The notes beneath the pieces were generated by a model that made no database searches, was not told where the DNA came from, and worked only from the letters and a program-made list of their open reading frames with translations. Both the position numbers and the translations under genes were made by a program. DNA of 64,000 nucleotides from Octopus sinensis. Lineage: Eukaryota. The stretch lies in assembly GCF_006345805.1 (NCBI RefSeq), contig NC_043000.1, positions 115,506,001 to 115,570,000 on the forward strand. The letters run 5' to 3'. Within the stretch, counting starts at the first letter, position 1. Each line of letters starts with the position of its first letter. Positions 13,040 to 28,544 of this stretch are shown piece by piece.

Positions 13040-13551
13040 CCGTAAATCTTCGAGTATAGTCCGCTCTTGAGTATAATACGCAGGGGATTTTTAGTGGGCT
13101 GTACCTCTGAAAAAACCTAAACCTTGTGTATAATACGCACCCTTTCTCTAACTTGAACCAAGGAGGTCTATATAACGTCCTTGGTTTGTAAAAATGTATA
13201 CAGTAACGTCCTTTATTGTTATTGTATATATAATATAATGCAAACATGTAGCCTTTTTGTGCATTTTGTTTGCAGAAAATAAAGCAATAACAGTAATAAC
13301 GTTTAATAAATGTTGCTTATTGCAAGTTATGGATGATCCTTTTATGACTTCATTGCTTTCAGGCTTAGCTTAAGGTATTTTCGCGGCCGACATCACAAAA
13401 TGCGCCTGAATAAACATTGCCGGACAGCAAATAGAGACTCGGACATTGCTTAGAAAATATTTTTCATTTTTAACCTCGTATATAGTACGTGCACTAGGGA
13501 TTTTGACCTTTAAATTTTGGGAAAATGCGGATTATACTCGAGGATTTACGG
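13040..13551. mobile_element. Tc2/pogo-like MITE (512 bp)
   Basis: TIR CCGTAAATC(T/C)TCGAGTATA, TA on both sides; same family as 26454-28176 and 30439-30963. Confidence 0.85.
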
Positions 13552-13686
13552 TATGTGTATGTCTTTGCCTTTGTGCTTGCCATCACCGCTTGAACACCTG
13601 TGTTGGTTTGTTTACAGCCCTGTAACTTAGTAGTTCGGCAAAAGAACCCGGTAAAATAAGTACCAGGTTTTAAAAAATAAGAACAA

Positions 13687-13735
13687 GTCGTGCTAATAAC
13701 CGCGAATGTCATGGGTTCGAGCCCCATACTGGCCA
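13687..13735 (+). pseudogene. 5'-truncated tRNA-Ile(AAT) pseudogene
   Basis: gtcgtg-ctAATaa-ccgcga-atgtc-atggg-ttcgagc-cccat-actggcc-a, followed by T5; D arm replaced by SINE sequence. Confidence 0.75.
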
Positions 13736-13759
13736 CATAGCTTTTTAGGCGCACGAGTG

Positions 13760-14870
<1,111 letters not shown>

Positions 14871-14933
14871 GCCATGTTAGATCGTTAGCTCCTACACGCA
14901 TTTTTTTTTCTCTCCTTGTTTTTTTTCTGTGTA

Positions 14934-15168
<235 letters not shown>

Positions 15169-15739
15169 GTCTGGAGGGAGTCATTCTCTTTTAGTGCCTT
15201 ATTATTTAACACACTCACCGGTAAAGTTTCCACTCATTTACTTATTTATATTTCCTAAAATTTTCTTTGCGTCTTGCAATCTTTTCCCTTATTTATTTAA
15301 AGCACGACTAATCTAATTGATATAAATCATTGCTCTGCAGTTCATGATCCAACATGCCAGTCGATGGACAACCAGCCACGCTAACTTCCTTGTTTAGGAG
15401 ATGGCAGCCAGTATGCCTTTTCGTCAATAACATTAGAGGTGTACGTGAATAAGCTGTTAACAGGAAGATTACATAGTCTCAGCTTACAAAGAGAGCTGTC
15501 CTTGCTTTGCATTGGCTACAGCTGTTTTTGACTCAATGAATCTTATGCATGTTCCCGCGATCTGTTAGAAATAACAACCAAATTTCCTTAAAATCTCAGC
15601 CCATCGTTTTTAAAACAAGGAAGGACGATACATCAGATAACATAGTCCTAAAGAGATGCAGCACGAAGTTTTGTCAGTGACCAGGTCGCGGTCTCAAAGT
15701 GACGAAAATATTTTGACAAATTAAATTTAAATGTTGAAG

Positions 15740-16288
15740 TGAATTTAGCGGTTTTTGTGTGTTTCTTAAATGGCTTATAAACACCTTCCACGCTGTAATT
15801 GTTTTCGTTCAAGCACACAATCTCAGATCAGATCACTTACTATGCAAGTACATTTCCGTAAGTCCTAAATACATTATCATAATATCACATTATAATAATA
15901 TCACATAATTTCCAACATGATAATGCAAGACCGCACGTTTCTTTGGGAACCAGACAAAAATTGCCGCAGCTCGGCTGGGATATGTTACCCCGCCCTCCAT
16001 ATTCACCAGATATTGCTCCTTCGGATTTTCCCTTATTCAGGTCTCTGCAGAATAGTCTTAATGGTAAAAATTTCAATTCCTTGGATGACGTAAAAAGATA
16101 GCTTGATGAATTATTTGCCATGAAACCACCTCAATTCTGGGAAGAGGGTATTTTCAAGTTGAAGGAAAGATGGAGACGCATTGTGTAGCAAAATGGTTCA
16201 TATTTGGTCGATTAAAAATGTAATGGCAAGTATTTATTGACCTTTTTCTTTCCTTTAAAAATCGGCACGAACTTTCCGTACAACCCAA
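15740..16288 (+). mobile_element. Mariner transposon remnant (transposase C-terminus and right TIR)
   Basis: 15910-16215 translates FQHDNARPH..PPYSPDIAPSDF.LF..LQN with two stops; TIR cggcacgaactttccgtacaacccaa|TA. Confidence 0.9.
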
Positions 16289-17479
16289 TAATATTTACAA
16301 AATAAATATACGATAAAAAAGCAGTTGTCAACTTTTATTATGTTCATTATATATATTGTTTCGGTATAAATTAATATTACTAAGAAATATTACCGGTCCG
16401 TGGCACATTGGGGAAAAAAAGCTGCCGGTACGCCACATCAGATGGCTTAGACCATCAGATGCCCTTATACACTGCTGGTCATAATGCGCTTCCAATTCTG
16501 TCTTGATTGTACCATTTTTTTCATCTTAACCCAAGCCACTTTACTAAACTGTCTTCCCATCGTCGTGAAGGCCTTCCAAGTGACTTTTTTGGATCTTTTC
16601 GATGCCACTCAGTGACTGTACAAGTCTACCTATTGCTTGTGAACCTTGCGATATGTCCGGCCCAGCGGAATTTGTGCTTTCGGATCACGTCGGTCGTCCG
16701 CTTCGCTCCGTCCTCGAGAAAATTTGAGAAACGAAATGAGAAATACATTCTACCAGAGTAACAGTTGGAACTGTCATGCTTGAAAATATTTGATTTTAAG
16801 TCATATGGGGCAAAGCTGATATGGGTTTAAACAATATCAACTCTCGTACATACACATACATACACACACACACACATACGCATACCAGCGGACATACACA
16901 CGCTTTTGACCAGGTCTCCCACTGTAGAGGATCTTGGACGGGGCGATGGGGTCACTCCGCTCTGGATGACACTGTTGCATCAGCTGTATAAGCTTGTATA
17001 AGAAGCAGCAGCAAATTCAAGGGCTGCCCACATTCTAGTTACACGAATGCTCTCTTTTTTTGTAGTCTGTTTGCCTCAACCCTACAGGGTCATTTAGCCG
17101 GGGCTTATCCCGGTTTTCGAAGTTTATAAGCGACTGAAAGTTCAAGATCTCTACTGGACGGGACGTGAGGCTCTCGAAAGTTTACTCAGCCATACACTAC
17201 CACCAGTTACAGCAGCTGCCATTAATTTTCAGCTGTGCAGACTGGAGCAACCTAAACTGAAGCGTCTTACTCAAAAACATAACACTCGGCCCAGAATCGA
17301 ACCCGCGATCTTATTATCGTGAACCAACATCATAACCACTAGGCCGCACACCTTCACACTTGAGAGTACTAAACGAACTAGGTGTAAGCGAATAGCTAGC
17401 GAAAGCCTTTAATACGATAGAGGTTACTATAAATAAGGTTAGGTTTAGCAATGTATTTAAAGTCAAGAATTGTACAGTC

Positions 17480-17560
17480 TACCAAGGCGCTGTTTTGAGC
17501 CCACTATTGTTTACCATAGTTCTGTGCGGGAATAACATGTGACTTCAAGACTGGTTGTTT
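17480..17560 (+). mobile_element. Small RTE-like reverse transcriptase fragment
   Basis: QGAVLSPLLFTIVL motif. Confidence 0.5.
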
Positions 17561-18085
17561 TCAGTAACTTACAACTGCCGATGCTTTGTCAAATATTCTA
17601 TTCTTAAAAAGCCAAGGGGTTCGTATTGCTAGTTAATAACAAGGCATAAAATCCTATACTCTAAGCGAAAAGTCCCGTTATTGTCTCTGTTCAATATGCT
17701 ACTTGGGTTTTGGTGACCCTTTCACCTTGTGTAGTGAGACTAAGAATCGAAACCTGACAACCTTGGCCGTTGGGTCAAGTCCACTTACAAGTCAGGATAC
17801 TCGCCCTGATTATTAGCCAATCAGCTTGCAGTGATATCACGCCATATAGAACTTAGTCGAATATTCTATGACCTTTTCACGCGCTTTTCTAAGTATTAAC
17901 GCAAAGCCCGCAAGGGGCAGTCGCAGAGGTTCGAAGGCCACCAGAGCACACGCATCTCGCCTCTTACCACAAGTAAGCAATGAATAACCGCAGAGGATTG
18001 AAAGCTATCAAAGAGCATACATCCTCGCCTCTGGTCAAACAACACCAGGTTTTCCTCAATTACAATGTATAAATATCAAAAATAT

Positions 18086-18149
18086 TAGTTTCGATCTACG
18101 GACCTCTGAGCTATGAGCACAGCACGCTTTTCCACTGTGCCATTCTGCT
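18086..18149 (-). pseudogene. Initiator tRNA-Met pseudogene, copy 1
   Basis: AGCAGAATGGCACAGTGGAAAAGCGTGCTGTGCTCATAGCTCAGAGGTCCGTAGATCGAAACTA: iMet 5' end, CAT anticodon, ATCGAAA T-loop; 3' acceptor strand lost. Confidence 0.8.
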
Positions 18150-18259
18150 CGACGAGTGAGTGAGCAAGTATATAATGTAATGCTTCTGATATCATCTGTT
18201 CTGGCTTACATTATTTCTATTACATCATCTATCATATGTTATGTATTTATTATTGTTTA

Positions 18260-18652
18260 CTAGCAGTATCGCCCGGCGTTGCTCGGGTTTGTTTCGACCC
18301 TTTAGAATTGGAATTTTTGAAAAGTAAAAATTTTGCATTATTTAGCTTGTTATTCTCTTTAAGTGAACATTTTTCTGGCTGAAATACACAGAAAAACGGC
18401 GACACAGCAGTCAAAACATCGTAAAAAGTAGGGATTTTCATAGAAAAAAAGCACCTTTTTGATGTAAATAATTTTGGGTGCTAACATGGTCCGATTTGAA
18501 TTTTTTTTCTTTTACGGAAGGAAGAGCAAGCCTTCTTCTATCATACTCTCAATTTTAGTCAACTTGCGCCGCAGGGTCTCGGAGGAGATAGTGTTAGCTG
18601 AAGGCTATAAACCTGCCATATACAGACAACTTCAGCTTTATATGTAGAAAGA
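18260..18652 (-). mobile_element. Non-autonomous Helitron, family H1
   Basis: TC 5' end, hairpin + CTAG 3' end, inserted between A and T. Confidence 0.85.
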
Positions 18653-19684
18653 TTTATATATTTCTTTGCAATGGACTGCTTCAAACGTACGAAACATCGC
18701 AAATACGCAATACATGTAGCGTTGGGATATTAATTTATCAACTGAAAAGGCGACATTTTCCTCTGCCGATACTCCAACAGTCACATTTCACAAACCGCAT
18801 GTATAACTCAATGCGTTGCCGTTTTTTCTAGGCGTCTCTTCCTTTGCCTTTTTTCAGATAAGCCAGAAGTAAATTAATTCTATAAATGTTTCCTCAGCGC
18901 AGCTTGCTCGTACTATTACTCTCTGCGAAGTATCGTTGTATAATGTTGGAAGAGAGTAGGTGGGAACTCCGTGCTGTATACTCAACGTTAGCAGACACTT
19001 GGCAAGCTGACACGGACGCAGTGTGATATCTGGCAAGCCGGTAGAGAACTAAGATTGCGGATGATAAGTGCACAGGTGAGGTTAGTAGTTTCTGTTACTC
19101 AGGTAATCTAATTAGTGCTGATTAAGATGGCAGTAGAGGTATTAGAGTAAGGAAGAGACACGATACGTTCAAGAAGTTTATAATTTTGTAGCAACGTTTT
19201 GTTGGCGAAAATGCCGAGATCCAATGCAAATGGATCTAAAGGTTTGTAAATCGAATCTAAGCCAATCCTTGATGGATAAAATGACAACAAAGAGGTTCTC
19301 TTTTGGTAGCAAAAGCTGACTGTGAAGGAATTGCAAGAAATTCGATACCGGATGGTAGTAGATCATTGGCTTTTATATGTGGAAGAACTGCGAATGGGTT
19401 AAATACAACCCATGTAAGAAGTAGAATGCAAAGCAATTAAATATGCTATATAAATAAAAAAATACCTACAAATGGTTTCAATACAGTTCTAACAGAAAGA
19501 CTTAGAAGAATTAGACGAAAGTTTTCCGGTAATTTTCTTTCATGTAAATAAATGTTTATGTTAATTAAAACATTTGCCAGCAAAACCTTATAAAATGTTC
19601 TATGTTCTATGTTCTAAAAGACGTACATGTTTATATGTCATATATGAAAACAAAAACCTTATGATATAAATGATATGTGTGAAG

Positions 19685-19960
19685 ACGCGTGGCCTAGTGG
19701 TTAGGGTGTTGTACACCATAATTGCAAGATAGTAGGTTCGACTTCCAGACCGAGCGGTGCATTGTGTTATTGCGCAAAACGCTTCATTTCAAGTTGCTCC
19801 AGTTGATACTGCGATGGAGCAGCCTTTCCGATCAAGGAGGAATGTTGACCTGCTCGCCCGGGCAGCGGGGTGCCATCATTCGAAAGTTAAAACAGTGCAA
19901 AGTGCATTGTGATCAGCGATGCATAACAGCATCTTATAGTCTGGTCTTTTACATGATCAC
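19685..19960 (+). mobile_element. tRNA-derived SINE
   Basis: gcgtggcctagtggttagg A box, ggttcgact B box, cacttcatttcaagttgctccag-type body. Confidence 0.65.
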
Positions 19961-20019
19961 GTGAGGTGTAGTTTGTAGCAGGGAAGAGTAAACCGCGAGT
20001 TAGCAGATTAAAATGACTC

Positions 20020-20200
20020 TCCGGCAGGTTTCTTCCACATTGATCGTTTGGTACTCCTTTTCCCTAATACGTCCCTCATATGTACATATCACACGTCCAT
20101 GTCAGCGCAGTCTTCTCTCATAACGCTGCTCCATCTGATTCTTTTCATACCTAGTTTTCTGTCAGCTCGTTTCTTCACCGTCGTTGATGTACACAAATAT
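20020..20200 (-). mobile_element. Degraded RTE LINE C-terminal fragment
   Basis: ERRLR*HGRV..NVEETCRR resembles the RTE RLRWxGHV..GRP region. Confidence 0.45.
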
Positions 20201-20387
20201 TTCGCATCAAGTAAAGAATGCAGTGGCGGAGCAGTAGAGATGGCAGTAGGGTCGACAGCACGTCTGTCATATTCTCAGAAAATCTGTGTTGGTGTCTTAC
20301 GGGCAGCCTTCGAATTTTTTTTCACCATATTGCTTTTTAACCAAATATTTTTCGTGCTTATTATTTATTCTGCTTTCTAAGGCGGCG

Positions 20388-20575
20388 AGTTTGCAGAATC
20401 GTAAGCACGCTTGGCAAAATACTTAATGATATATCGTCCATCTTTACGTTCTAAGCTCAAATTCCGTCAAGGTTGACTTTACCTTTTATACTTTCGGATC
20501 GATAAAATAAGTATCAGTTGACTAGACCCCCACCATCAAAATTTTAAGCCTTATGCATATAGAACAAAAGATTAT
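20388..20575 (+). mobile_element. Type A SINE, diverged
   Basis: aaggcggcgag head and gacttttacctttt body. Confidence 0.7.
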
Positions 20576-21297
20576 TTATTGCTTTGTCTGTGCCACCATA
20601 GAAAAATATTTACTTTAATTTGTCTGCTTTAAGTAAACACGAGAGAACTGTTGCGCATTATGAAAGCCAAATATCATTGAAAGACTTCAGCTCTACACGA
20701 CAGTAAATTACTTTAAAAATATTATATAAACATTTTTTTATAGATAGCGAATATGTTTCTATTGTCAATTTATAATACAAAAATTACCTGACTGTCTACT
20801 CAGTACAAATATTCACAGCATGTCCTTGATATATGCCGTTGTTAAGGTTACTCTAAATTGAAAACTAAGACTAATGTCTCGACATTATTTTCAATACAGT
20901 CTTTTATTTCAATACAACCTTTATCTTCCCCGTTCCCAACTATGCTACTGGGATAATGATCGTCTCATTTCTTTCCAGCTTTTGCACATTCTTCGCATTC
21001 AGTATCTGTTCAGGTTTCGCTATTATAAAACGCTATATTTCGTACACCAATAGAATACAATCTGTCATTCGACCAAAGAGATAACCTCTGTATTGCCAAT
21101 AAGGGCAAACGCTCTCTGAAAAATTTCCACTAGCTACCGGGAGCCTTCAGAGCATTTGCATGAATTTATATCATGGATGCTCTTAAAACTAACTGTTATT
21201 GTGCATCTACTATAAACAAAGTCTTTCTCTGCCAGTCTTTCCTGTGATCTCACTGCATTTCTTAGGCACCCATAGTCTACACTGAATATTCAATGTC

Positions 21298-21480
21298 AAG
21301 AATATAGTATATTGTATAAAGTAATAAGAAGTTTCACGTACAGACCTCTCTGAAACATATATAGGAGGATCATTTCGTAGTATAGATGAAAGATTCAGTA
21401 AGCATCGGAACAACTATAGTGAATCGAAGCCTGCTTCCCTATTTTATCATCATGCACTAAATAAACGCATATTCTATGTA
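21298..21480 (+). pseudogene. Degraded GIY-YIG endonuclease of a second Penelope-like element
   Basis: KNIVYCIK**EVSRTDLSETYIGGSFRSIDERFSKH keeps the IY..YIG..R...H pattern; CxxC position now stops. Confidence 0.55.
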
Positions 21481-22378
21481 TTCTTATGATACAGTCCTAA
21501 CACAGGTAGGAGAATCAGTTTGCATACAAGAGTACGGGTTTAGTATCACCCATAAATCCGATGGAGTAACACCAATGCATTGTCTTAAAGCAGTGTATAT
21601 AGTTTTTTCCTTTCTTAGGTCAATTTTAAACTCGTATATATTTGAATATGTATGTGTATACAAATAGACCCAGATTAACCATTTCACAATATAATCACGT
21701 ATCTAGGACATCAACGGAAGGTTGGGGTATTATAGCTTTTTTCAGTGTCAGATTTAGGTTTACTATGTTATAAACTTGTATATACTTTTCTTGTCTAAGA
21801 ATGGACATATGGAGAACGCACAGGGTAACAGTTGGCTCTACTCCGGCCTTGTGCACAAATGCATATATATTACGGATATATATCGTTCGTTATATGTTAG
21901 ACGATCGAATCCCCATGCAGTCATCGGAGCGCTGTTGGAACACATGGTATATTGTAAATATTTAAAACCTGTTACATCTCATGATTCTCCAAGCTCGAAT
22001 TTACGCGATATCTTGCAGAGAGAAAATGAGAAAGTGAACCTGAAGTGTTACGGGCAGGACCGTTTAAGAATAGGTTTTATAATCACAATTTTTTCTTCTA
22101 GAAACATTGAAAACGCTATACAACAAAGCTTAAAAAGACTAATTGAAATAAGATTTTCAGATCTTTTGAATTGGCCTCACTTTAATTAAATCTTTACTAC
22201 TAAAATGCATGTTTAAATAAAAAAAAAAACTGTCCGGGAATCCTCATAAAGGAAATATACATGAACTTTCTGTCTTATGTGTAACGACATTTGTTCAGAA
22301 TCACCGATCTTGTCGGCGCTAACGAAGCCGCGACTTATTTTCCCAGCTAATTTCACACTGACAGTAAATATTGCCCAA

Positions 22379-22771
22379 TCTCTCTCTATATAAAGCTAAA
22401 GTTGTCTGTGTGTGGCAGGTTTGGTAGCCTTCAACTAACACTATCTCCTCCGAGACCCTGCGGCGCAAGTTGACCAAAATTGAGAGTATGATAGAAGAAG
22501 GCTTGCTCTTCCTTCCGTAGAAGAAAAAAATCAAATCGGACCATGTTAATACCAAAAATTATTTACATCAAAAACATGCTTTTTTTTCTATGAAAATCCC
22601 TATTTTTTACGATGTTTTGACTGCTGTGTCGCCATTTTTCGGTGTATTTCAACCAGAAAAATGTTCACTTAAAGAGAATAACAAGCTACATAATGCATAT
22701 TTTTTACTTTTCAAAAATTCCAATTCTAAAGGGTCGAAATAAACTGGAGCAACGCTGGGCGATACTGCCAG
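22379..22771 (+). mobile_element. Non-autonomous Helitron, family H1
   Basis: A|TC 5' end; 3' CCAG|T (mutated CTAG). Confidence 0.85.
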
Positions 22772-23582
22772 TAAGTTTATATATTGTGACGATTGTAATG
22801 TATATTTTTCTAAAGGAATTATGCATAGAAACGTTTTCAAAGGTGTAAATAACGATTACATTGGTGAAATGTTTCTTTCTCTTTAAATGAATTAACTTTT
22901 TGATCATTTTCATTTGGGTTACAGAGCCAGATGATTTTGTAATTATCTACTCGTGCCAATTAAAGAAAATCATAATGATTTGTTTTTTGGAAAAATTAAT
23001 AAGGAAAAATCACTAATCTTTTAAGATAGAAATTTAGTAAGTTTAGCTCATCAGAAGCCTTCGTTGTCGGAAATCGCAATTGCCATGTGTTGACGATCTT
23101 ATGAAGAACTCTATTTTTTCATCATTTACGAAAAGAATTTAATAAAAGAAAATAAAATGGTTATGAAACCTTTAAAGGTGAAAACATTTGATGAAAAAAA
23201 TACAAACGTTATAGAACCTTTAACAACAAAAAAATGTAACGAAATGTTATGAAATTAAAGAAAAGAAATCAACACCGACGTGACGCGATGCACTGCAATA
23301 TTTTTCAAAACGGATCACAATTCTCGCGTTCGAAATAAAAATGTTACTAAGGTGAAAATATTTAATGAAATAAAATGAAAACAAAGCGAAAAAAAAAAAG
23401 AACAACAAAAGCAAATTAAGGTTTGCATTGAAATTTTGCGATGTAGTTGCAAACCCTAAATTCAATATTAAATCTTAACTCTAAACCTAAGTTTTAAACG
23501 CTAACTTTGGATCTTTCCCCTAAAAGATCCCTAACCCTAAACACTAACCCCAATTGCATATATTTTCTTTCATGAAATTCTT

Positions 23583-23787
<205 letters not shown>

Positions 23788-24869
23788 AAATACATACATA
23801 GTGGCTGCCCCCTCGTTATCGAGTATGGCCATTGCACGAAGCTTAATCAATGTTGTTATCGTGCAATGCCTGTGCAAGAAGATATTTTTTTAAGTGAGCC
23901 AGTCCCACTCACTAAGCAACAGCAGCCATTATCCGAAAAGAAGAACAAGTCAACATCATCGGTAACCACTGAGCCGCAGGTTTTATGTCGGTGTTATCCC
24001 AGTTACCTGAGTTGCCTTCTCCTAGAAGGATGCCCTGACAAAGGCTAGGAGTCCTTCACTCCCAATGGTTTAACTGCGCGATCGGGTATTCAATCCGATT
24101 ATTTCTATGTCTCCGTGCATGATACAGCTTTAAGACATTTATTGGATGGTCGTTGACTCTCAAGAGTTCCTCCGCCCTTTGACGGGTTTTGTTTTTCATC
24201 CTGCAGGGTGACCAATAAACACCCTCCTCACCAAGCGAGCTTGGTGGGGTTGCCGGTTTAGTCGCCGACGACCCGACCATGCAACAGGTAGTACTGGGTT
24301 ACATGTTACCAGTAGCACTCGAAAGTAACCTGACATACACATACATACATACATACATACATACATACATACATACATACATACATACATACATACATAC
24401 ATACATACATACATACATAAACCAGGGCGCTTCCTATTAGACGGCCAACACATGGCAATTGGAATTTCTGATATGTTGATAATGGTGGACTCTTCTATTT
24501 GGCTAAAATTACTGAAAATTTCAATCTTTAAATGTTTATAACTTTAATGTTATTGTTTTCTCTCAAAAATGAATGTGTTTTCCGTTAATTAGCATATAAA
24601 CCTACATTTGTGTAGAAAATTCCATAAAAAAAAAGACAAAACAATTAAGAAAGAAAGGAAAAGAAAAAAGAAGCAGGCCCTATAACTCAATAGGTTAAAA
24701 TCCCTTTTTGGATCTTTTCAAAAAGAAAAGAAATTGATACCACTTAAACTATTCAGTACTTACTCGCGATCTTTGCATAACAAAATGACTGAGATAAGCG
24801 GACTACATGCATTGCAGAATATCATTCAGAATACTTTTGATCTGTAATGTAATCGCAACAAGGTATAGG

Positions 24870-25070
24870 GATTATGTCCTTGGGTCCACAGGATGCACGG
24901 AAACCACTGTGGGAGCCTGGAAGGACTCTTTTTGCGATGATCTGGAAGCGGTTCAAGAATTTTCCAGCAAAGATCTTTCCTACAGTAACAAGTTGAGAGG
25001 CTACACGATAGTTTCAGCAGGATTTTCTATCTCCTTTCTTGGCGTCTTTGAGAATATTTGGAACCTGACC
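24870..25070 (-). mobile_element. RTE-clade reverse transcriptase fragment
   Basis: KKGDRKSC*NYRVASQLVTVGKIFA..LPGSHSGFR matches RT subdomain 1-2 pattern. Confidence 0.7.
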
Positions 25071-26730
25071 ACGGACTGTCTCACTGTCTCCTTCTGGAAT
25101 TAGAAACGGGTAACTACGTACCCACTACACTCCCAGAACATGGTCAGGCTGTCTCTGACTAAAACGAATGTAATAGGCTATAAACTTAAACTCGGAAGTT
25201 TTTTTTCAATATGGACATCTTTTCTTTCTAAAAAAAAAAAAAGGGATCTTTTCGCTTTGACCGGCAGATTTTTAAAATAATTTCTTTGTAACTAAAAAAT
25301 TTTAAACTTGTATACTGGTAGAATGTGTTTACAAAACATCTTTTTCTCTTGGCTTTCTTGAGAAAATTCTGTAGTTTGTAAGATATTTGTTGTTTATTTT
25401 CTTGCATTTCGGCTATTTCAACCAATCAATGACGTCTATTGAGGTGAAAACAGTTTCTCCGGAGCGTTGTCAAAAGAAATTTTACGGAAAGTGACGATCT
25501 TGTTCTTAAAATGTAAACAAATACACGTGATATAAACGGTACTCGTATCGAAAGAATGCCATCATAAAATTTAACTGTAGAATACACCTTCGAAAACGCA
25601 TGCATGCAAAGTTTCATTGAAAAATATACATTACCAAGAAAAATTATAAGGAAAACAAATTTGGCGGGAGCACTAAACTGTAGTTACGTCGTACACGGTT
25701 GATTTAGTTTAACGTCCCCAAAAAGAAAGAAAGAAAGAAAGAAAAAAGAACAAAAAGGCACAGTTAACCCTACGGGATTTAAACTCAGGGCGAAAGAAAC
25801 CGGACTATATACTACAAGGTAAGGTATCAATTATTGATTTATTGATTTCTAACATTTGGATAATTATAATCTTATTAACACATCTCAAATATGTTCACAT
25901 TTAATGAATCTAAGTGTTTTAAAATGTCGCACTTGCTCTGTTTTTCCTTTCAGAAAAGTAAATGTACCCAGCAGAAATTTTGTTTTATGTATGCTTGTGT
26001 AAAAATTACGTTTTATGTATGCTGTGTGACAAAAATAAAATCTAAATGCTCTAATTGTATTCTAAACGTAGCTTTCGTTTAATTGTAAACTTTAAAAATA
26101 GATCTTGTTTATATATAATTTTTATTGAAAGCGTTAGCATAACCGGGGCCGACTCTACCGTCATTTAAATTTTATTGTAAGCTTTATAGTGTCATGCATT
26201 TACGATCCAAATATAATTGCAAAAATATATTTATCAAGTTTTATTATCAGTTTAATATTTATGTAATGGTTAATAAAAACCGCATTTTTATGTCAACTTG
26301 TTCTTAATACAGGCTGTAATTTTCGAAGGGGGTTTCATGTTTAATGCCCGTTCTTGAATTGTGTAAGGTGTTGATATTGTTTAGCCACAGGTCAACTCTG
26401 GTCGAGCAGACCTATGATCAAAGACATTCCAGCCATGATCTTCTTAGGACTTGCCATAAATCCTCAAGTATGGTCCACTCTTGAGTATAATATGCAGGGG
26501 ATTTTTAGGAGGCTGTACCTCTGAAAAACCTAAACCTTGTATATAATATGCACCCCTTCTCTAACTTGAGTCAAGGAGGTCTATATAACTTCCTTGGTTT
26601 GTAAAAATGTATACGGTAACGTCCTTTATTTATTATTGTATGTGTAACATAATGCAAACGTGTAGCTTTTTTGTGCATTTTGTTTGCAGAAAATAAAGAA
26701 ATAACAGTAATAACGTCAGTGAAAAATAAA

Positions 26731-27123
26731 TCTCTCTATATATAAAGCTGAAGTTGTCTGTGTATGGCAGGTTTGGTCGCCTTCAACTAACAATATCTCC
26801 TCCGAGACCTTGCGGCTCAAGTTGACCAGAATTGAGAGTATGATAGAAGAAGGCTTGTTCTTCCTTCCGTTGAAGGAAAAATTCAAATCGGACCATGCTA
26901 ACACCAAAAATTATTTACATCAAAAAGGTGCTTTTTTTTCTATGAAAATCCCTATTTTTTACGATGTTTTGACTGCTGTGTCTCCATTTTTCGGTGTATT
27001 TCAACAAGAAAAATGCTCATTTAATGAGAATAACAAGCTACATAATGCAAATTCTTTACTTTTCAAAAATTCCAATTCTAAAGGGTTGAAACAAACCCGA
27101 GCAACGCTGGGCGATACTGCTAG
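26731..27123 (+). mobile_element. Non-autonomous Helitron, family H1, nested in Tc2 element
   Basis: A|TC..CTAG|T. Confidence 0.85.
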
Positions 27124-27410
27124 TATTAAGTAAATTGCCTTTACATATTTATCACTATCAGTTACAAAAAAAGCAAAAGCAAAAACAGTTATTAAAATCT
27201 TTCAAATTCAACGTCACTTTCAGCATCAAATAACTGTTCCATTTGTTCCTCCGTAAACATGTCAGCATCATTGTAGTGTAAATCTCCGTCATCGTCAGAT
27301 TCATAGTAAAAATCAGAAGATTCGCTTTCATTTATTTCATCTTTCCATACAACGTCATCCTGAGTACCATCCAGTGCAGACGATATACAACATTGGATAA
27401 AACTTTTCAC

Positions 27411-27818
27411 TATATATTTCTTTATTGCCCACAAGGGGCTAAACATAGAGGGGACAAAGGGATTAAGTCGATTACATCGACCCGTGTGCGTAACTGGTAC
27501 TTTATTTATCGACCCCAAAAGGATGAAAGGCAAAGTCGACCTCGGCGGAATTTGAACTCAGAACGTAAAGACAAACGAAATACCTATTTCATTAATACCC
27601 ACAAGGGGCTAAACACAGAGGGGACAAACTAGGACAGACGAACGGATTAAGTCGATTATATGAACCCTAGTGCGTAACTGGTATTTATTTAATCGATCCC
27701 TGAAAGGATGAAAGGCAAAGTCAACCTCGGCGAAATTTGAACTCAGAACGTAGCAGCAGACGAAATACCGCTAAGCATTTCGCCCGGCGTGCTAACGTGT
27801 CTGCTAGCTCGTCGCCTG
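27411..27818 (-). mobile_element. Type A SINE dimer nested in the Tc2 transposase
   Basis: 11-bp TSD aaacttttcac (27400-27410, 27819-27829) splits the KSF codons. Confidence 0.9.
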
Positions 27819-28544
27819 AAACTTTTCACAATAATCTGAGGATCAAGTTCATTCCATGCATACATCATCCATTTGCATATCAAAGTCAGGTCGGGAGCGC
27901 GAACCCTTCCACCTTTAAGTGAAAGACATTTCTCCAGTCGATATCCATTCCGTCGATAAATCACTTTATGACTTCATTGCTTTCAGGCTTAACTTAAGGT
28001 ATTTTCACGCCCGACATCACAAAATGCGTCTGAATAAACATTGCTGGACAGCAAATAGAGATTCGGATATTGCTTAGAAAATATTTTTCATTTTTAACCT
28101 CGTATATAGTACACACTAGGGATTTTGACCTTTAAATTTTGGGAAAAATATGTGGATTATACTCGAGGATTTACGGTATACTATCTCTTGCATCTTTATC
28201 TCATGATGGTTGGTGGGAATTTAACTGCCTGTTTGTTACCGTAGGCAAATTGCAAGTGCGTAAGTATCCAGTGGTCTTTCGTTTTATGCACATATATGAT
28301 AGAAAACAAAATGATAGGAAAACAACAGCCAAACGATTCTACTGGAAACCAGTCTTCAAGTCGTTAATACCAGTTCGCAACGTTAATACACGAACACAAC
28401 AAATGGGGTACATAGGTCCATCCAAATTAAATATTACACCCTAAATGGAGCTTCAGATAATCTCTCCTTGGTGTAATTACAAGAATTTTCACTCAAACTA
28501 AAGCGTTTGATCCGAGCCAAAAAAAAAAAAAAAAAGGACAAAGG

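Larger units (their letters stand above)
26454..28176 (-). mobile_element. Tc2/pogo-like transposon deletion derivative with transposase C-terminus
   Basis: Degenerate left and intact right TIR (+TA); SLKGGRVRAPDLTLICKWMMYAWNELDPQIIVKSF|IQCCISSALDGTQDDVVW.. acidic tail to stop at 27192; interrupted by Helitron and SINE. Confidence 0.85.
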
